From NCBI GenBank assembly GCA_008632985.1, contig QPGO01000060.1:186001-250000 (forward strand): DNA of 64,000 nucleotides, written 5' to 3'. Shown piece after piece: positions 1-12,370 of the stretch (its first letter is position 1; each line of letters begins with the position of its first letter). The notes beneath the pieces were generated by a model, which saw only the letters and a program-made list of their open reading frames with translations, had not been told where the DNA came from and did no database searches. The DNA is from Psammoneis japonica. Taxonomy: Eukaryota. The translations under genes and the position numbers were made by a program.

Positions 1-98
1 GTTTTGCCAAAGTGCAGCAATGTGATGAGCGCCAACAACGAGCAGTCAAACGAGTCAGTCATTTTTTGTTTGATCTGTCACGCGGAATTTCGAAAACG

Positions 99-684
99 CA
101 GATTCTTAAAAATCCTCATTCCCCAAAACGGTCATTTTTAAGGATGGATCGTCGAGATGAGGTCTCTTTACGCGCGAGCTCGCATTTTTTGGAAAAAACC
201 CGGATTTCTCGTGCTGGATGCGCGCGCTCGCCAACAAAATATTTTCAGCGATAGGTCGAACTTTGTCCCTTCGAAAGACATCATAGAATGTGTTGGCGAT
301 GGTTGTGACCATGCGCGATCTTTAGCTTGACGACTGTAGATGTGTCCACAGCCAGTCAAACGCCAATTGTCAGCTTTTCCTGGAAAGTTGTGGCTTGTCT
401 CCCACAAGCAGTGCGATTTTGGCCAAAAACAGCGGTTCATCGCATGTGACAACTGCACCGAATCCGACAATTGGCGTTTGAAGGTTGAAATGTGTAGTTC
501 ACATACAGATCTAACAGCCCTGATGGGGGCTGGACACAGTCACATGTGTTTGGGGGTGCTCAGAGGCATCGCAAAATGACGCGGGCGAAGTGCGGGGAAA
601 TTGCAAAACCACGAGCTAATTGAAAAAACACCTCATCTAGACGATCCATCCTTAAAAATGATGCCGTTAATTTTTGAGAATCTG
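99..684. repeat. Long-range inverted repeat, probably the subterminal structure of a large DNA transposon
   Basis: 132-163 TCATTTTTAAGGATGGATCGTCGAGATGAGGT is the reverse complement of 630-661 (1 mismatch). Outer arms 99-113 and 670-684 also pair. Confidence 0.75.
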
Positions 685-1194
685 TGGTCGTGCCAATTGT
701 CAAAGGTCATTTTGGCACGTTGGCACAAATTTAACGGTCATTTTGGGCACACCACGCAAACACCAGCTCATCACATCAAACACAAAAGAGACAGCAACAT
801 GCTCATTGCTGTTTTTCTCACTCCACCGTGAGCCTTTTTGTTGTTGCTTTCTGTCTGCACTGTCAGCACAAACCATTGTTGGTCCACCTGCCTTGTGCCA
901 TGTGTCTTACAAGAGGCAACAGTGGCGCTTCTCCTTGGTCAAGAGGTTGTGACCTCTCTCCTCCCTCCTCTCTCCGTCGCTCCACCAGACACTCAAGATG
1001 TCACAACCATGATGACCACCCTGTGCATTGCCCTCATTGTTCACCCCGTCGTGGACATGGTGGACCACCTCGTTGCCATGACAACCCTCCAGAACAGCCT
1101 CCCTGCCAATCACCATGTCACTCTGTTCAATCATCATGGCGTCACAGCCCGTCAGCAAGCAATGAGTTTCCATCAAGAATGTCACCCAATTCAT

Positions 1195-1700
1195 CTCCGA
1201 CTGTGTCGTTGCAGCCTGCCACTCTGTCTCCATCATTGCAGCAATGCTGTCAAGCTCCAACTGTGTTGTTGCAGCCTCCTGCTCCATTGCCATCATTGCA
1301 GCAATGCTGTCCAGCTCCGACCGCGTCGTTGCAGCCTCTCGCTCCGTTGCTGTCATTGCAGCAATGCCATCAAGCTCTGACCACATTGTTGCAGCCTGCC
1401 GCTCTGTTTTGCCATTGTCGCAGCAACACCACTGCGCTCCAACCGTGTCGTTGCAGCCCACCGCTCCGTCACCATCATTGCAGCAATGCTGTCATGCTCT
1501 GACCACGTCATTGCAGCCCACCGCTCCACCTCCATTGTTGCAGCAATGCCGTCATGCTCCCACCACTTTGTTGCAACCTGCCGCTCCGTTGCTGTCTTTG
1601 CAGCAATGCCATCACATTCCCACAGCCTTGTTGCAGCCAACCACTCCGTTGCCCTCATTGCAGCCACATTGTCATGCTCTTGCTGTGCCGTTGCAGCCTG
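1195..1700. repeat. Degenerate tandem array of about 8 x 60-bp units
   Basis: Successive 60-nt lines 1201-1680 align (..TCGTTGCAGCC..CGCTCCGTTGCCATCATTGCAGCAATGC..). The array is TpA-free. Confidence 0.85.
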
Positions 1701-1838
1701 TGGCTCCAGTTCATTGGGCACCAATGCATGCCCCCTTGACTGCATTGACTGCAAAAAAGATGCAAACTCGTGGTTCTGGGGGAAAGGGCCGTCCCTTGAA
1801 GACATCCTCTTCCAGGCAACCCCCATCCTCTCCCACTG

Positions 1839-4800
1839 TTGGTGTTCATGACAGTGGTGTTGTTCATGGTGGCACTCGCAGTCGCTCTCATTTTTCTGCT
1901 CATTGCTCCTCCCACTCCCACTCCAGCTCTAAGTCAAGGTCCACATCAAGGTCTCCCTGTTCACATCAATTGCGGTCATGTTGCTCCCGGTCAATTTCCT
2001 TTGTCTCGGTCTTGGTCCCAGTCCAGGTCCAGGGGCAGGTCTCACTCTCCACACTGCCACTGCTCTCTTTGTTGGACTGCCAGCAGGCATCAGTCTGGGT
2101 GTGGTCATGTGTCTGTCTCCTCCAGTTGGTCAGCTGCCGGGAGTTGTTCTGGTGGACACTCACACTCCCAATGTTGCCGTGTCTCTGTTGGCAGCACCAG
2201 GTCCCAGCCAGAGCCCTTTTTTGTGTCCCTGTCTCCTCGTGGACGTCATTGCTCAAGGAATTCCCGCCAATGCACCAAACACAGAAAGTTTTGCAGCAGG
2301 AGTTGCAGGAGTTGCAGTCCTGTTTCTCACCGCACCAGGTGTTCCTTGTCAAGGTCTTGCAGTGTTGACTCCACCTGTTCCAATGTCTTGGAAGCTCCTG
2401 TTTCCCATTGCACCAGGCCACACAAGTCCCGGTCCACCATGTCTTTGTTCCCAGCTTTGAATTGGATTCTTCAGACACCTCAGAACCTCCTGTGTCTCAC
2501 CGCACAAGGTCTTCCCTGGTCCGGTCTCCCAGTCTTGACTCCACCTCTTTGGTCACATCCAAACCTTCTCTTCAGCTTCAAGTGTCGTCTTCATCATCTG
2601 TCGGTGCACTGGCTAAAATGCCCAAGAGGAAAACTTTCACCTGTTCTGTCAAGACTTGCAAGGAGAAAGTTTTGCTGTCCAAGGCCTTGTTGAGGGAAAA
2701 GGCATTTAAGGAGGAGAGCATGTTCAACATTGTTTTTATTTTCAAAGAGGTCCACCCTGAGCACTTTGACGACAACTTTTCCAAGGACAAGCCAATCGAC
2801 AACCTTGGCCGGCTGTCTCTGAAGTGCCAAGAAAAATGTGTTCTTTGGTGTCATGTCACATTTCAGGCACCATTGCAGGTGTCTTCGCCTTGCAGAGCCA
2901 ACATTCCCCACCACCAAGACAATGCTGTGAACCTTGCTTTGGAACTTGGATCTGATGACACGTCTGCTGCGTGGTCATTCTATGACATTGACAGAGACCA
3001 TTCAAATGACTTCCTTGTGGTTGTCAATTCCTTCTGCCAACAACACCCAACACATCGGATTGACTGGAATCATTTGTGGGAACTCATCAAGAAACACCAT
3101 GCTAAACCAAAGGATGGAGAGTCTCAATGTTTGGAAACAGGGAAGACAGGAACACACCATCAGCCATGCAATCACTTTGCAGATTTTGGTTTGTGCACCA
3201 ACACAAGCACTGCGAGGAAGGGACACGCCAATGGTGTTGCATGGCCATGCAAACAGAAGGGCACAAAGGAAGCCATGCTGCTTTTTTTGATCATCTCTCA
3301 AATCGTGGACACTCTCCAACCCGAGTTCACTTCTAATCCTTGGGTTGATCCGGAACTTCCCAACCGTGCAGAGGATTTTGTTTGCCTTTTGCTGGGTGCA
3401 ACGCAAGAGATTAAGACCAAAGCCCTGTGCTGCCTCATCAACAGATTTGGTTGCTTCTCTGACTGCCACTCTGACCACCACAACAGCAACAAGGAACCCA
3501 TGGCACCCGTGCTGTCAGTCTCTGTGACAACTGATTTGGGAAATGACACAGAAAATGAGAGAAACGCCATTGCAAGACATTCCAGGTCATTGGTGGATGA
3601 CACTGCACGGCAGATCAAAATGACTTTGCCATTGACAACACTTGCCATTCAAACATGCCAGGACCTGCTGGATCATCTTAAGTGCGTCAATCCCAGTCTT
3701 CTTTTTGCCAACTTGGAAAAATTCAAGGGATGCACTGGGATTGATGCGCACCGAGTCGTGCGCAACATGGAGTTGACAGGCTGTCACCAGGTTTTCCTCC
3801 ACTTTGTCATTGCGCTCATTGACAAGTGTTCACTTGCACTGCCTCAAATTGTGTCTGTGCAAACATGCTTTGAGTTGCATCCGCACAAGTCCTGCTTTTT
3901 TGGGGCAGCTGCGCAATGGTCATGCTGTCTGTGTCTTGGTTCAAGCCACCCACCGATGCTTTTGGATTTGGGCATGCCATGCATGAAGCAATGGTTGACA
4001 TCAAGAATGGAAACCCAACAGGCATCCCATCGTTCGGCCAGGCCGGGGTTGCCCACAAGAGAGGAGTGGAATGAACGCAACTGCAAGAAACTTGGTGTGG
4101 TGATGGAAGTGTGGATGGACAACCCAAAGAAGCCACAAAACAAAGACATTGTCAGGGTTTACAAGAAAATTCTGAACAAGTTTTCTGCCTTTTTGCCACA
4201 ATGTGGTGATTTGTTTTTGAGTCATTCAATGGGCATTCAAGTGGAGGTCAGGATTTTGCCCTCATGGATCATTGATTGCTGCCACTGCAAAAAAGACAGT
4301 CTTCCTGACCGCGCCATGTTTGAGCAGCACCAACTCGGGCCACCCAGCGATGCAGAAATGTTTCGTTTGGCACAAACGCTCAAGGAAGTGTTTTCTGCAC
4401 AGTTCAACAATGGCCCATCTGCCACCGACACACACTTCACTCATTGGATTTGTCGAGAACCCACTTTGCAAGTTGTTTTTTGAATGTGGCTTGGCAGAAG
4501 GAAAGGGTCCCATTGTGATGTTTGCTTTGCTGGCATGACCCTGTCTCCATTTCGGGAAAAGGCCACCTTTGTGCATCATTTTGATGGATCTCCCATTACA
4601 AAACCACCTTCTGGGCAGCTTGATTGCATCTTTTCATTTCAAGAAAAAGGCACTGTCTATGAAACAAATTGTCAAAAGAGCCAAAGGAACTGGCGCCTCG
4701 TTTTGGAACAAGCACCACGGTCCTGTTGTCATCCCTTTCCCATTTCATTGCATGGAGGTTCTTTCAGATGCACCTGCTTGTCTCCCAGAGACTTTGAAGT

Positions 4801-6150
4801 GACACAATCCTCAAGATGAATCAATTTTGATTCACATGGACACAGACGCCAAGGTGGAACTGCAGTGTGTAAAAAAGCAATGCATGGATGCCCTCAGGGA
4901 TGCAACCAGACCTCGTTGCTTGAGGATGCGCAAGTAAAAATCTCATCTCATCCCATTACACCAACAGCTTGTGCACTTCCACAATGCACTGCAACCCAGC
5001 TCTCACAATTCTGTGGCAGCTGCCCACCAAGAAACCCTGTGTGTGTTTCTATGTGCGCTCTCGCACTGATGTCACCCTTCTCAGATGGCATTTTGCTGGG
5101 TCTCCCATGACCATGCTGGTCCTTTCCATCAATGATGTGCCTTTGTTTCAGCATGTTGAGCAATGTTGCTAAGTGGAGAACGATTGGCGTTGACTCCTTG
5201 TGGGTCATGTGCACATTGACTCTTTTTGTCATTTTCTGCAGATCCAAGAAATTTTCTAAATGGATTTCAGTGCAAATTCTGCGCACTTCAGCAAACCCCA
5301 ATGATGAATGTTTTGTCAGGTCTCCAAGCTTCTCACACCCACACACCCTTCCGTTTCCAATGACTCTCTTTGTTCCCATTGGCCAATCAAGTCCTTTGCT
5401 GCTTGTGGTGAAAGTGCTGCTTCTGTTGTGATCCTGACGAGTGTGAGTGTGAGCCTCCCTTTGGCAACAAGTGACTGCCATCCATTTGCTGCGCGCATCG
5501 GCATTTCTGCGCAAGACCCAGTGTGGTTTCCACATGTGAAAAATGTCTTTCCTGATGACTGAGAATCATCAAGCACTCCCATTTCTTGTCTCCCAGTCTT
5601 GGACAAACCCTCCCTCACTCACTGGCAAACCAAGCTCTCTGTTGCATGCAGCGATCTTTCTGTTGTTGAGCAACTGCCATCCATCAGCTGTGCATGTTGT
5701 TGAACAATCAAGTGCTCCTGTTTCTCATCTCCCAGTCCTGGACAAACTCTCTTTCACTTGCTGGCAAATCAAGCTCTCTGTTGCATGCAGCGATCTTTCC
5801 ATTGTTTCATTTCTTTGAGGTTTGAATGAGGTTTCCCACTTGATGAGCAACAGCCAGTGGTTTGGCTCTCTTCCTTTGACTTTCTTTGTGGCTCTCATGC
5901 AAATTTTTCCCAAATGCAACTGTCCTCTGTGGTGGTGGTGCAACCAACGTGTGTGTCACCAGCAATGCCGCAGCAAACTCCAAGTGTTGTTGTGCTCTCC
6001 TCACCAGCTGTTTCTGTCGAGCATCTCCTCAGGGAGATGCCGATTCAGGCTGGTCGCATGTGCTTCTGCTGCATCTCCAAGCAGGGTGCACTGGAAGTGT
6101 GGGTTGACCGGCACCGGTGTTGCTGGGCAAAGGTGCAACAGCACTTAAAA
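1839..6150 (+). pseudogene. Degraded long ORF of unknown function (RS-rich N-terminal part, 691-aa core at 2408-4483), probably TE-borne
   Basis: Consecutive + strand ORF fragments with protein-like composition but almost no Tyr and excess Cys/His. No motif recognised. Converges on the Ginger-like ORF. Confidence 0.4.
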
Positions 6151-6236
6151 TTGAGTTTGGTTTTTTTTGCAACCCAGCTCTCACAGGGTTGCCACAACCT
6201 GAGAAAAGTCCCTCAAGATTGCTCAAGGTGTGTGCT

Positions 6237-6332
6237 GTCACACATCACATTGCATCACATGACATGGCATTGCATCACATCGCATGACATGACATGATGC
6301 ATCACACGACATTGCATCATGTGACATGATGC
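6237..6332. repeat. Degenerate pentamer microsatellite (ATCAC/ATTGC/ATGAC/ATCGC)
   Basis: 5-bp periodicity visible directly; lies between the 3' ends of two convergent degraded ORFs. Confidence 0.75.
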
Positions 6333-9300
6333 CTGTTTCTCTCTTGTCCTGGTTTTGGGCTTTTGTCCACTCACAAAATCCGGAACAAGAACAAGCAGAA
6401 ACACATCCGGCCCTGCCGCTCTTGCGACAGCCACACTGTCTTGTGCATGCCCCATTTTTACAACTGCATCTCTGTCTGCCATGATTGGTTGTGTTGCCAG
6501 TCATTTGCATGTGATGTTGAACAGGAACAAGCTTTGCAACTCTTGATGGTTCAAACATGTTGTCAAGAATCCCCTGTCAACACTCAAGCGGCCTTTGATT
6601 CAGGGCTGTGTTTCTGCTGCGCACAGCAAATGAGTTGGCTGGTGTCCACTTGACTGACTTCTCCATGCCTTGAGCTGTGATCCTGTGCTCTGCAACAACT
6701 TGCACTGAAAACGAAGGGTGCTTCCTGCACTTAAATGCCATGCCAAGCAAACTGAGTGGATTTGCATGTGATCTCTCTCCAATGTCCATTCTAACTGATG
6801 CAAGGTTGCTGACCTTTGCTTGCACACTCCCCCATTGTGCATCTTGCACATTTTCCGTCCTTGTTGCTCCTGCAACGCCTTCCTTTTCTTTTCCATCACC
6901 TGGCATTGTTGTTGATGCTGCAAATGGACAGATTCTGCCAAGGAAATGGAACGGGCAGATGAATTGCCAAATGGAGATTCTCAGCCAAACCATCGTCAGC
7001 ATCGGCCAGTGATGCAGCACCACATGCCAAACCAAGCCCCCCTCTGTCATTGTCTGGACCAACAGCCAACTGTGAAAATGATGCCTCCTCTGTGTCTTTT
7101 TCTTTGCTTGTCTCATGAAGATGAGCTGCGGGTGACTCATGAATTGTGGCCAATGGTGGTTGAGCCAAGGCTGTCTTGTCGATTCCTGGCAATGATGTTT
7201 GAGCTGCAGCTGTGTGTTCTTCTTCTTGTTCCACACCACGTGTGGCTGCAGCTGGATTGGGGTCATCCTCCTCCTCCTGGTTGTCCTCTTCCAATGAGGA
7301 GGACGAGGAGGACGATGACTTGAGGAGTTGCCGCAAGCCTTCTTTGCTCATCCTGCTTCTGCAGATCAAAGCAGTCAGTTCCCTGTCCATGTTCTCCAAG
7401 GATGAAAAGGAGCCAGACCATTCCTGCTGACACATGGTCCAACTCCTGCGCACTGAGGTGGAAAGCATGCATCCATCACCAAAAATGTGTGGCAGCACAT
7501 CCTCCCAGCACATTGGGCATGTGCTCCCCATCTTGCTGGTTTTGTGCCAGTTGAGAAGACAATGCAGATGAATGACATGTTGGCAATCCAGAAGATTTTG
7601 TTCCATGGGGAATGTGTCACCGCAGCAAACACAACACAAGGCATCTGTTGCATTTGCCTCCTTTTTGCTTTTTATCATCGTCCGCATGTGCCACTGTTTG
7701 TGGCTGATCAGACAAAGAAGGGGACATTTCGTCCTCATCAGAGCCATCCAACATTAAAGTGAACACATCTTCACAAGTTTTCACGGTCAAAACATCAGCT
7801 GAGGCATGTTTTGTTGTCAACAACTGGCATTTGCGAACAAAAACACCATGGATTTGTGTGCAGGCAACATCTGACAGGTTGAAGGATCGATCGCAGCCCA
7901 AATGTGTCCAGCCGCAATCGGCCCACATTGGTGTCCATCCGATTGTTCCACTGAACTCTCCCCAAGCATCATCACCCATCCTTTGTGGTGATGTTGCTTC
8001 CTCCAATCCGTGCTGTTCAGTGTCTTGCACAACACAATTTTGAGACGACCACGACTTTCCAGTGGAACCAATCCACACCTGCACAACACGTTTGTAGCGT
8101 GAGACATCCAAGTGCTTGGATTGCAGTTCAGTCCTTTGCACACCGTCACAAGTTCATTTCAGACGTCAAAGAAAAGGGTGGCAAAATGATGACCAGTGTG
8201 AGCCACCGCAATCAAGGTGTCAACGCTGGGATCAAGAGCAATCAACTGATCTTCGTCTGTGACCTTGTTGGGACAGTTGCAACGAACGACCCTTGTGTTG
8301 GAGGGATGGATGTCATGAGCCAACAAAACGGCAAAGCTGGAAATGAAGTTGTGCTCCCACCAACAATTTGTGTTGACATTGAGACGGCAATGATCGTTGT
8401 CAAACGCACCGACAATTGCATTTCCCTTGGGACAGCAACTGCAGTGCAAGGTGGGACACAGACACCAAACCATCTGTTTGTCCAGCAGCTCATGTTGTTG
8501 AACCAAAACGGCCTGAGACAAAGCCTCCGAAAGTGTCATCTGATGCAGGCATTGTTCAAGCTTCATGTCCTTGATGGCCATGAACTTCCTTTGCTTGCGT
8601 TTGGCTTGGTTCAACACCTGCAGACAAGTGAGGCTGTTCAATTTTCTTTCTGCCTGCACCAATTGGAATGGTGATGCATCTGCAGCAGTCTTGGTGAGCA
8701 AACCCAAATCTGCTGCCGACCTTTGTGGGTCTTCCTCCTCCAACATGGACAAGAAATGCTGTCCAGGAACAGATTTGCTGGGGTCAGCCGATGGTTTTGA
8801 TTTGTCCTCACAAGGGTTTGGAAGTGCCGCTGGCTTCTTGTCATCATCAAAGTGATGGGGAACATTTCCCGCTGTCCATTCTCCACCAACAGACATTGGA
8901 ACAGCTGCTGGCTTCCTGTCATCCTCAAGGGGTTGCAAAACATGATTCCATTCTTCCCCGTCAGACACTGGAAGAGCTGCAGGCTCCTTGTCTTCCTCAA
9001 AGGGTTACAAAAGAGCCAATGGTTTCATTTTGTCATCAACTTTGTTGAGGAGTTGGCCTGACAATCCCGGCAATTTGTCAGGAGGGGTGGCTGGTTTGGG
9101 ACAACAAGCATCTCATGCGCCAATTTGGTTGGGGGACAATGCATTGTCAGCGTTGGCATCTGGTCCGCACTCTTGCATCATGGTCATTTTTTCTTTGCAC
9201 TGTTCACCAAGCACATTGACCATGTCTTTGACTGTGCTGCACTTGGACATCACCTTGTTGGTGGCCGTGATCATGGGTTCCATGTGCTCCATTCCAAACA

Positions 9301-11047
9301 CCAGCAAATGGGGTGATTGCTCATTGCGGCCTGTGCTTTTTGTCATGTTTGTGGCAGCCATTGCATCGGGATGACATGTCACCCAACTGGCAGTGGGGTC
9401 GCCGTCATCATGCCTCTCCTTGACAAGAGTGGCAATTGACTCTTTCAAGGAACCATTTGTCCTTTCCACAGAACCTTGATCCTGTGGAGTTCTTGCACGA
9501 CCGTGGACAGTTTGGATGGAAGGTTGAGTTTCCTTGAGTTTGTCAATGACTTCCTTGCCATGAACTTCTCCGCCATGATCAGATTGACACATGAGTGGAG
9601 GGGCCAAACACGCCGAAATGACAATGAAGCAAGGTGGCCATGTGCTTGGACTCTTTGCTTGGCGTGGGATGCGTCCATGACAACCTGGTAAAATGATCCT
9701 TCACAACAAGGAGCCACTTGTGCACAATCCCAAAAACATTGGTTTGGGGATCCTCCATGCAGTTGACATAATCTGCTTGCACCCTGTCACAAAAATGATG
9801 GGGCACTGTTGGACGAACGGCACCTTTGTGCTTTGGAACATGTGGCTGCTTCAAAGAACATTGCAGGCAAGTGTCAATGAAAGCCTTCACAATGCTTTGG
9901 GCAACATTAAAGTGCTTGTCCTTTGCAACAGCATGAGTGGATGCCACCTTCTTGTGACCGAACAATGAGTGGATTTGTTTGAGCATGTTGAAGCACATCA
10001 TCTGGCAAACAACTTGTTTGGGCATTTCCTCTTCTTTACGAAACAGCAATGAAGGACCCTCTTTGAGGATGTTCCGTGCAGCACTTGTCGTTCATGCAGT
10101 GCCACTTGGGACATTTGCGGTGCCACTGCTTTGCGTCAAGGCCTTTCTCAACGTCTCCCTTGTCCCACGTGATTGAGCAAGTGGAGGATGTGACCGTGCT
10201 CCTTTTCCGTCAAAACCTTGGATGTCTTGGCAGTGGAAGGACTGCCAACCTCATCCATGCCAAAAGCCTCCGCTGGAAAATGGCATTCATGATGATTCTC
10301 TTCTGTCATGGCTGAAAGTTTGTTGGGAGACAACAAAGCATTTTGCTCTCCGACGGATCGTTGTGACACCATTGACAAACAACCCGTTTTGCCAGACAGC
10401 CAAGTGGGGGTTGCACAGAAACAAACCATGGTTGTCAACAACAAAACAACACAAAGCGGTGGTGGTGGTGATGCCAATGAGAGGGGGTTCCATGAAAAGA
10501 GTGCACAAATTGAGATCATCGTGGGAGTCGTCGGATGAGTCAGAAGCGGGAATCTTCAATGTGGCAAAAACAAAAAGAGTGTTGCAAACTGCCCCCTGCA
10601 GAGAATTGCAGTTCTCCCCCCCGTCTTTGACAATGGATGCAAACTTTTTTCCTTGGACTTCAGATGAATGCAATGAGGACAATGATTGCAAAATGCACGA
10701 ACTGTGTTTGCAGCCATGTTGCCGCAATCATCGGACAAATGGCCGAATGTTGCTTTGATGGAACGGCAATGGCCTTCTGTCTCGTGAGCTTGCAGTGCAA
10801 TGTCAAAGCACATGAGTTCATGAATGACAAGTTTGTCCTTCGGAGGTTGGGCCTTTGTGTCTTTGCGACACATCAGCCCATTGCGGACAAAATGTTTCTT
10901 TGACATCTGGCTCCATTCAGGGTGCTTGCATCTCCATTGCTTGACGTCTTGGTGTGGTTCGGGCGAGCTTCCCCCCCCCACTTTCGTGACAGAATGCATC
11001 GTGTTCGAACAATGCACGATGTGATTGAGCAGACGATGCATCGTCAT
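6238..11047 (-). mobile_element. Degraded Ginger-like (retroviral-type integrase) DNA transposon with Ulp1-like protease, RING finger and Cys-cluster domains
   Basis: Two HHCC fingers (AHETEGH..CNHCPHC at 10556-11047; IHSLFGH..DTCLQC at 9579-10049). Integrase core (RVQAD, VVKDHFTR, QSDHGGE, GRARTPQDQGSVERTN). Ulp1-like motifs (GHHFA..FD, QSDGHQCGP, 7817-8968). RING CVCC..C.H..H..C...W..CPMC (6896-7747). Terminal CSC..C..CGC.K..C..C cluster (6238-6558). No RT and no LTR seen. Confidence 0.7.
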
Positions 11048-11377
11048 GTGTTTTCCAAACAGTGTGTGTGGACTGCATCACTCGGGAGAGCAAGCGCGGT
11101 TTTCGAAAATGAAAGGCAAGCATTTTTGAAAATGAGTGGGGGGGACTCTCAAGAATGGGCGTTTCCGAAAATCCATGAGTGCAAGTCACGTGCATTTTTA
11201 AGAATCGAATTTTAACAAGATTTTCCTGGAATCGAATTTTTGAGGGTGGGAAATCCCTTGTTTTCGGGGGAATTTTGGAAATTTCGTTGGAAAAACGGGT
11301 GAAATGAAACAGCATTTTTTGCGAATGCATGTGATTTGTGGGAAAATGCTCAAACGGCTTGAGCGCGAATTCTGAGA

Positions 11378-11569
11378 TCACCGTGCAAACAACACGACAA
11401 TGGCTGAAATGCCGTTCGTTGAACGCAATGGAGATGGGGAGGCCTCCAACTTTCTTCACAAGTTTGTTGCCCACATCAAACACACCCTGAAAAAAGTTGG
11501 AGGCTGCCCCACTAAGCTTTCGAGAACGAACGGCATTTCGGCCATTGTCGTGTTGTTTGCGCACGGTGA
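11378..11569. repeat. Nested inverted repeat (hairpin) upstream of the Ginger-like ORF
   Basis: 11378-11420 pairs with 11525-11569 (about 43 bp, near perfect). Inner arms GCCTCCAACTTT (11442-11453) and AAAGTTGGAGGC (11493-11504). Confidence 0.85.
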
Positions 11570-12176
11570 GCGGTGAGCGCCGAATGCGCTCGGATGTTTT
11601 TTCCACAGTTGCGCCACAAATGATTAAAAGATTGGTTGTTTTTGATGCTTTTTACAAATGTATGTCGAAAACACAAGGGGGTTCCCAGCCTTAAGAATTT
11701 TCGATTTTTAAAAATGCTGTGCACAGTGGCGCAAGGCCAACCCCAACCGAGTGAAAAAAGAAAATGAAAAAGATGAAATGGCTCGAAAAGCTCGAACTTA
11801 CCCAGATTTTCACCCTTGACTCTTTTTCAACTCGGCCGAAACGAAAAAAAAGAGTCCGACTCTTTTTTCACAAACCCGGAAGCGTGAAAAAAGAGAAAAG
11901 AGTGATGTGGGCCGCATGCTGTCATGCATTTTGTACATGCGTCTTGGTTTGCGTAGGACACCAGTGAAGCAATCCAAAGTTCGCCTCACGCACCGCATCA
12001 TCAAGTCGCCATGGCGGTCTGTGATTGTTTTTGATGACTTCTTTCAATGTCATGACTGCAGAAGCAACACCAATTGACAATTTGAAGTAGACATGACATG
12101 TCTCTTGAAGGAATTGGTGAACTGTGCAGCACTTCTTCCACAACAGACCTTTTGTCTTCAAAAGATGTTGCCGGTC

Positions 12177-12370
12177 TGACAGAATGCCGAAGGTCGACAG
12201 TGACAAAGGCATGAAAGACTCCCTAAAGTGCCAGGACTGTGACAACACGAGTGCTGGCAGATGAGAAAGTGAGAAGCAGATCTCAGAGAGATCTGCTCGT
12301 CTGTCTAAATGGTCTAGCCATCATCCGCATCCAGTCTGTCCATCATGCGACAGGCACAGATGGGCTGACA
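12177..12370 (-). repeat. 3' LTR of the Copia (heavily TpA-mutated copy)
   Basis: Aligns without gaps to 19188-19381 with 17 substitutions. Polypurine tract AGGGGAGGG on the minus strand immediately adjacent (12371-12379). Confidence 0.97.

Noticed and set aside
1195..1700. CRISPR-like array
   Set aside because: These are contiguous degenerate tandem units with no unique spacers, in a eukaryotic context with no cas genes.
828..2478. Many overlapping Cys/His/Gln-rich ORFs as metallothionein-like or novel genes
   Set aside because: They are by-products of stop-codon and Tyr loss plus a 60-bp tandem repeat, and they occur in all frames.
2408..4483. Alternative genetic code explaining the absence of Tyr
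   Set aside because: Neighbouring host genes use Tyr and standard stops normally, and the depletion also affects non-coding DNA.
11722..11730. CACAGTG as a Transib/RSS-like terminus
   Set aside because: No matching opposite end or Transib transposase was found, and such words arise easily in CA/TG-rich DNA.
12177..12370. 5mC deamination as the explanation of LTR divergence
   Set aside because: All six CpG are identical in both LTRs.
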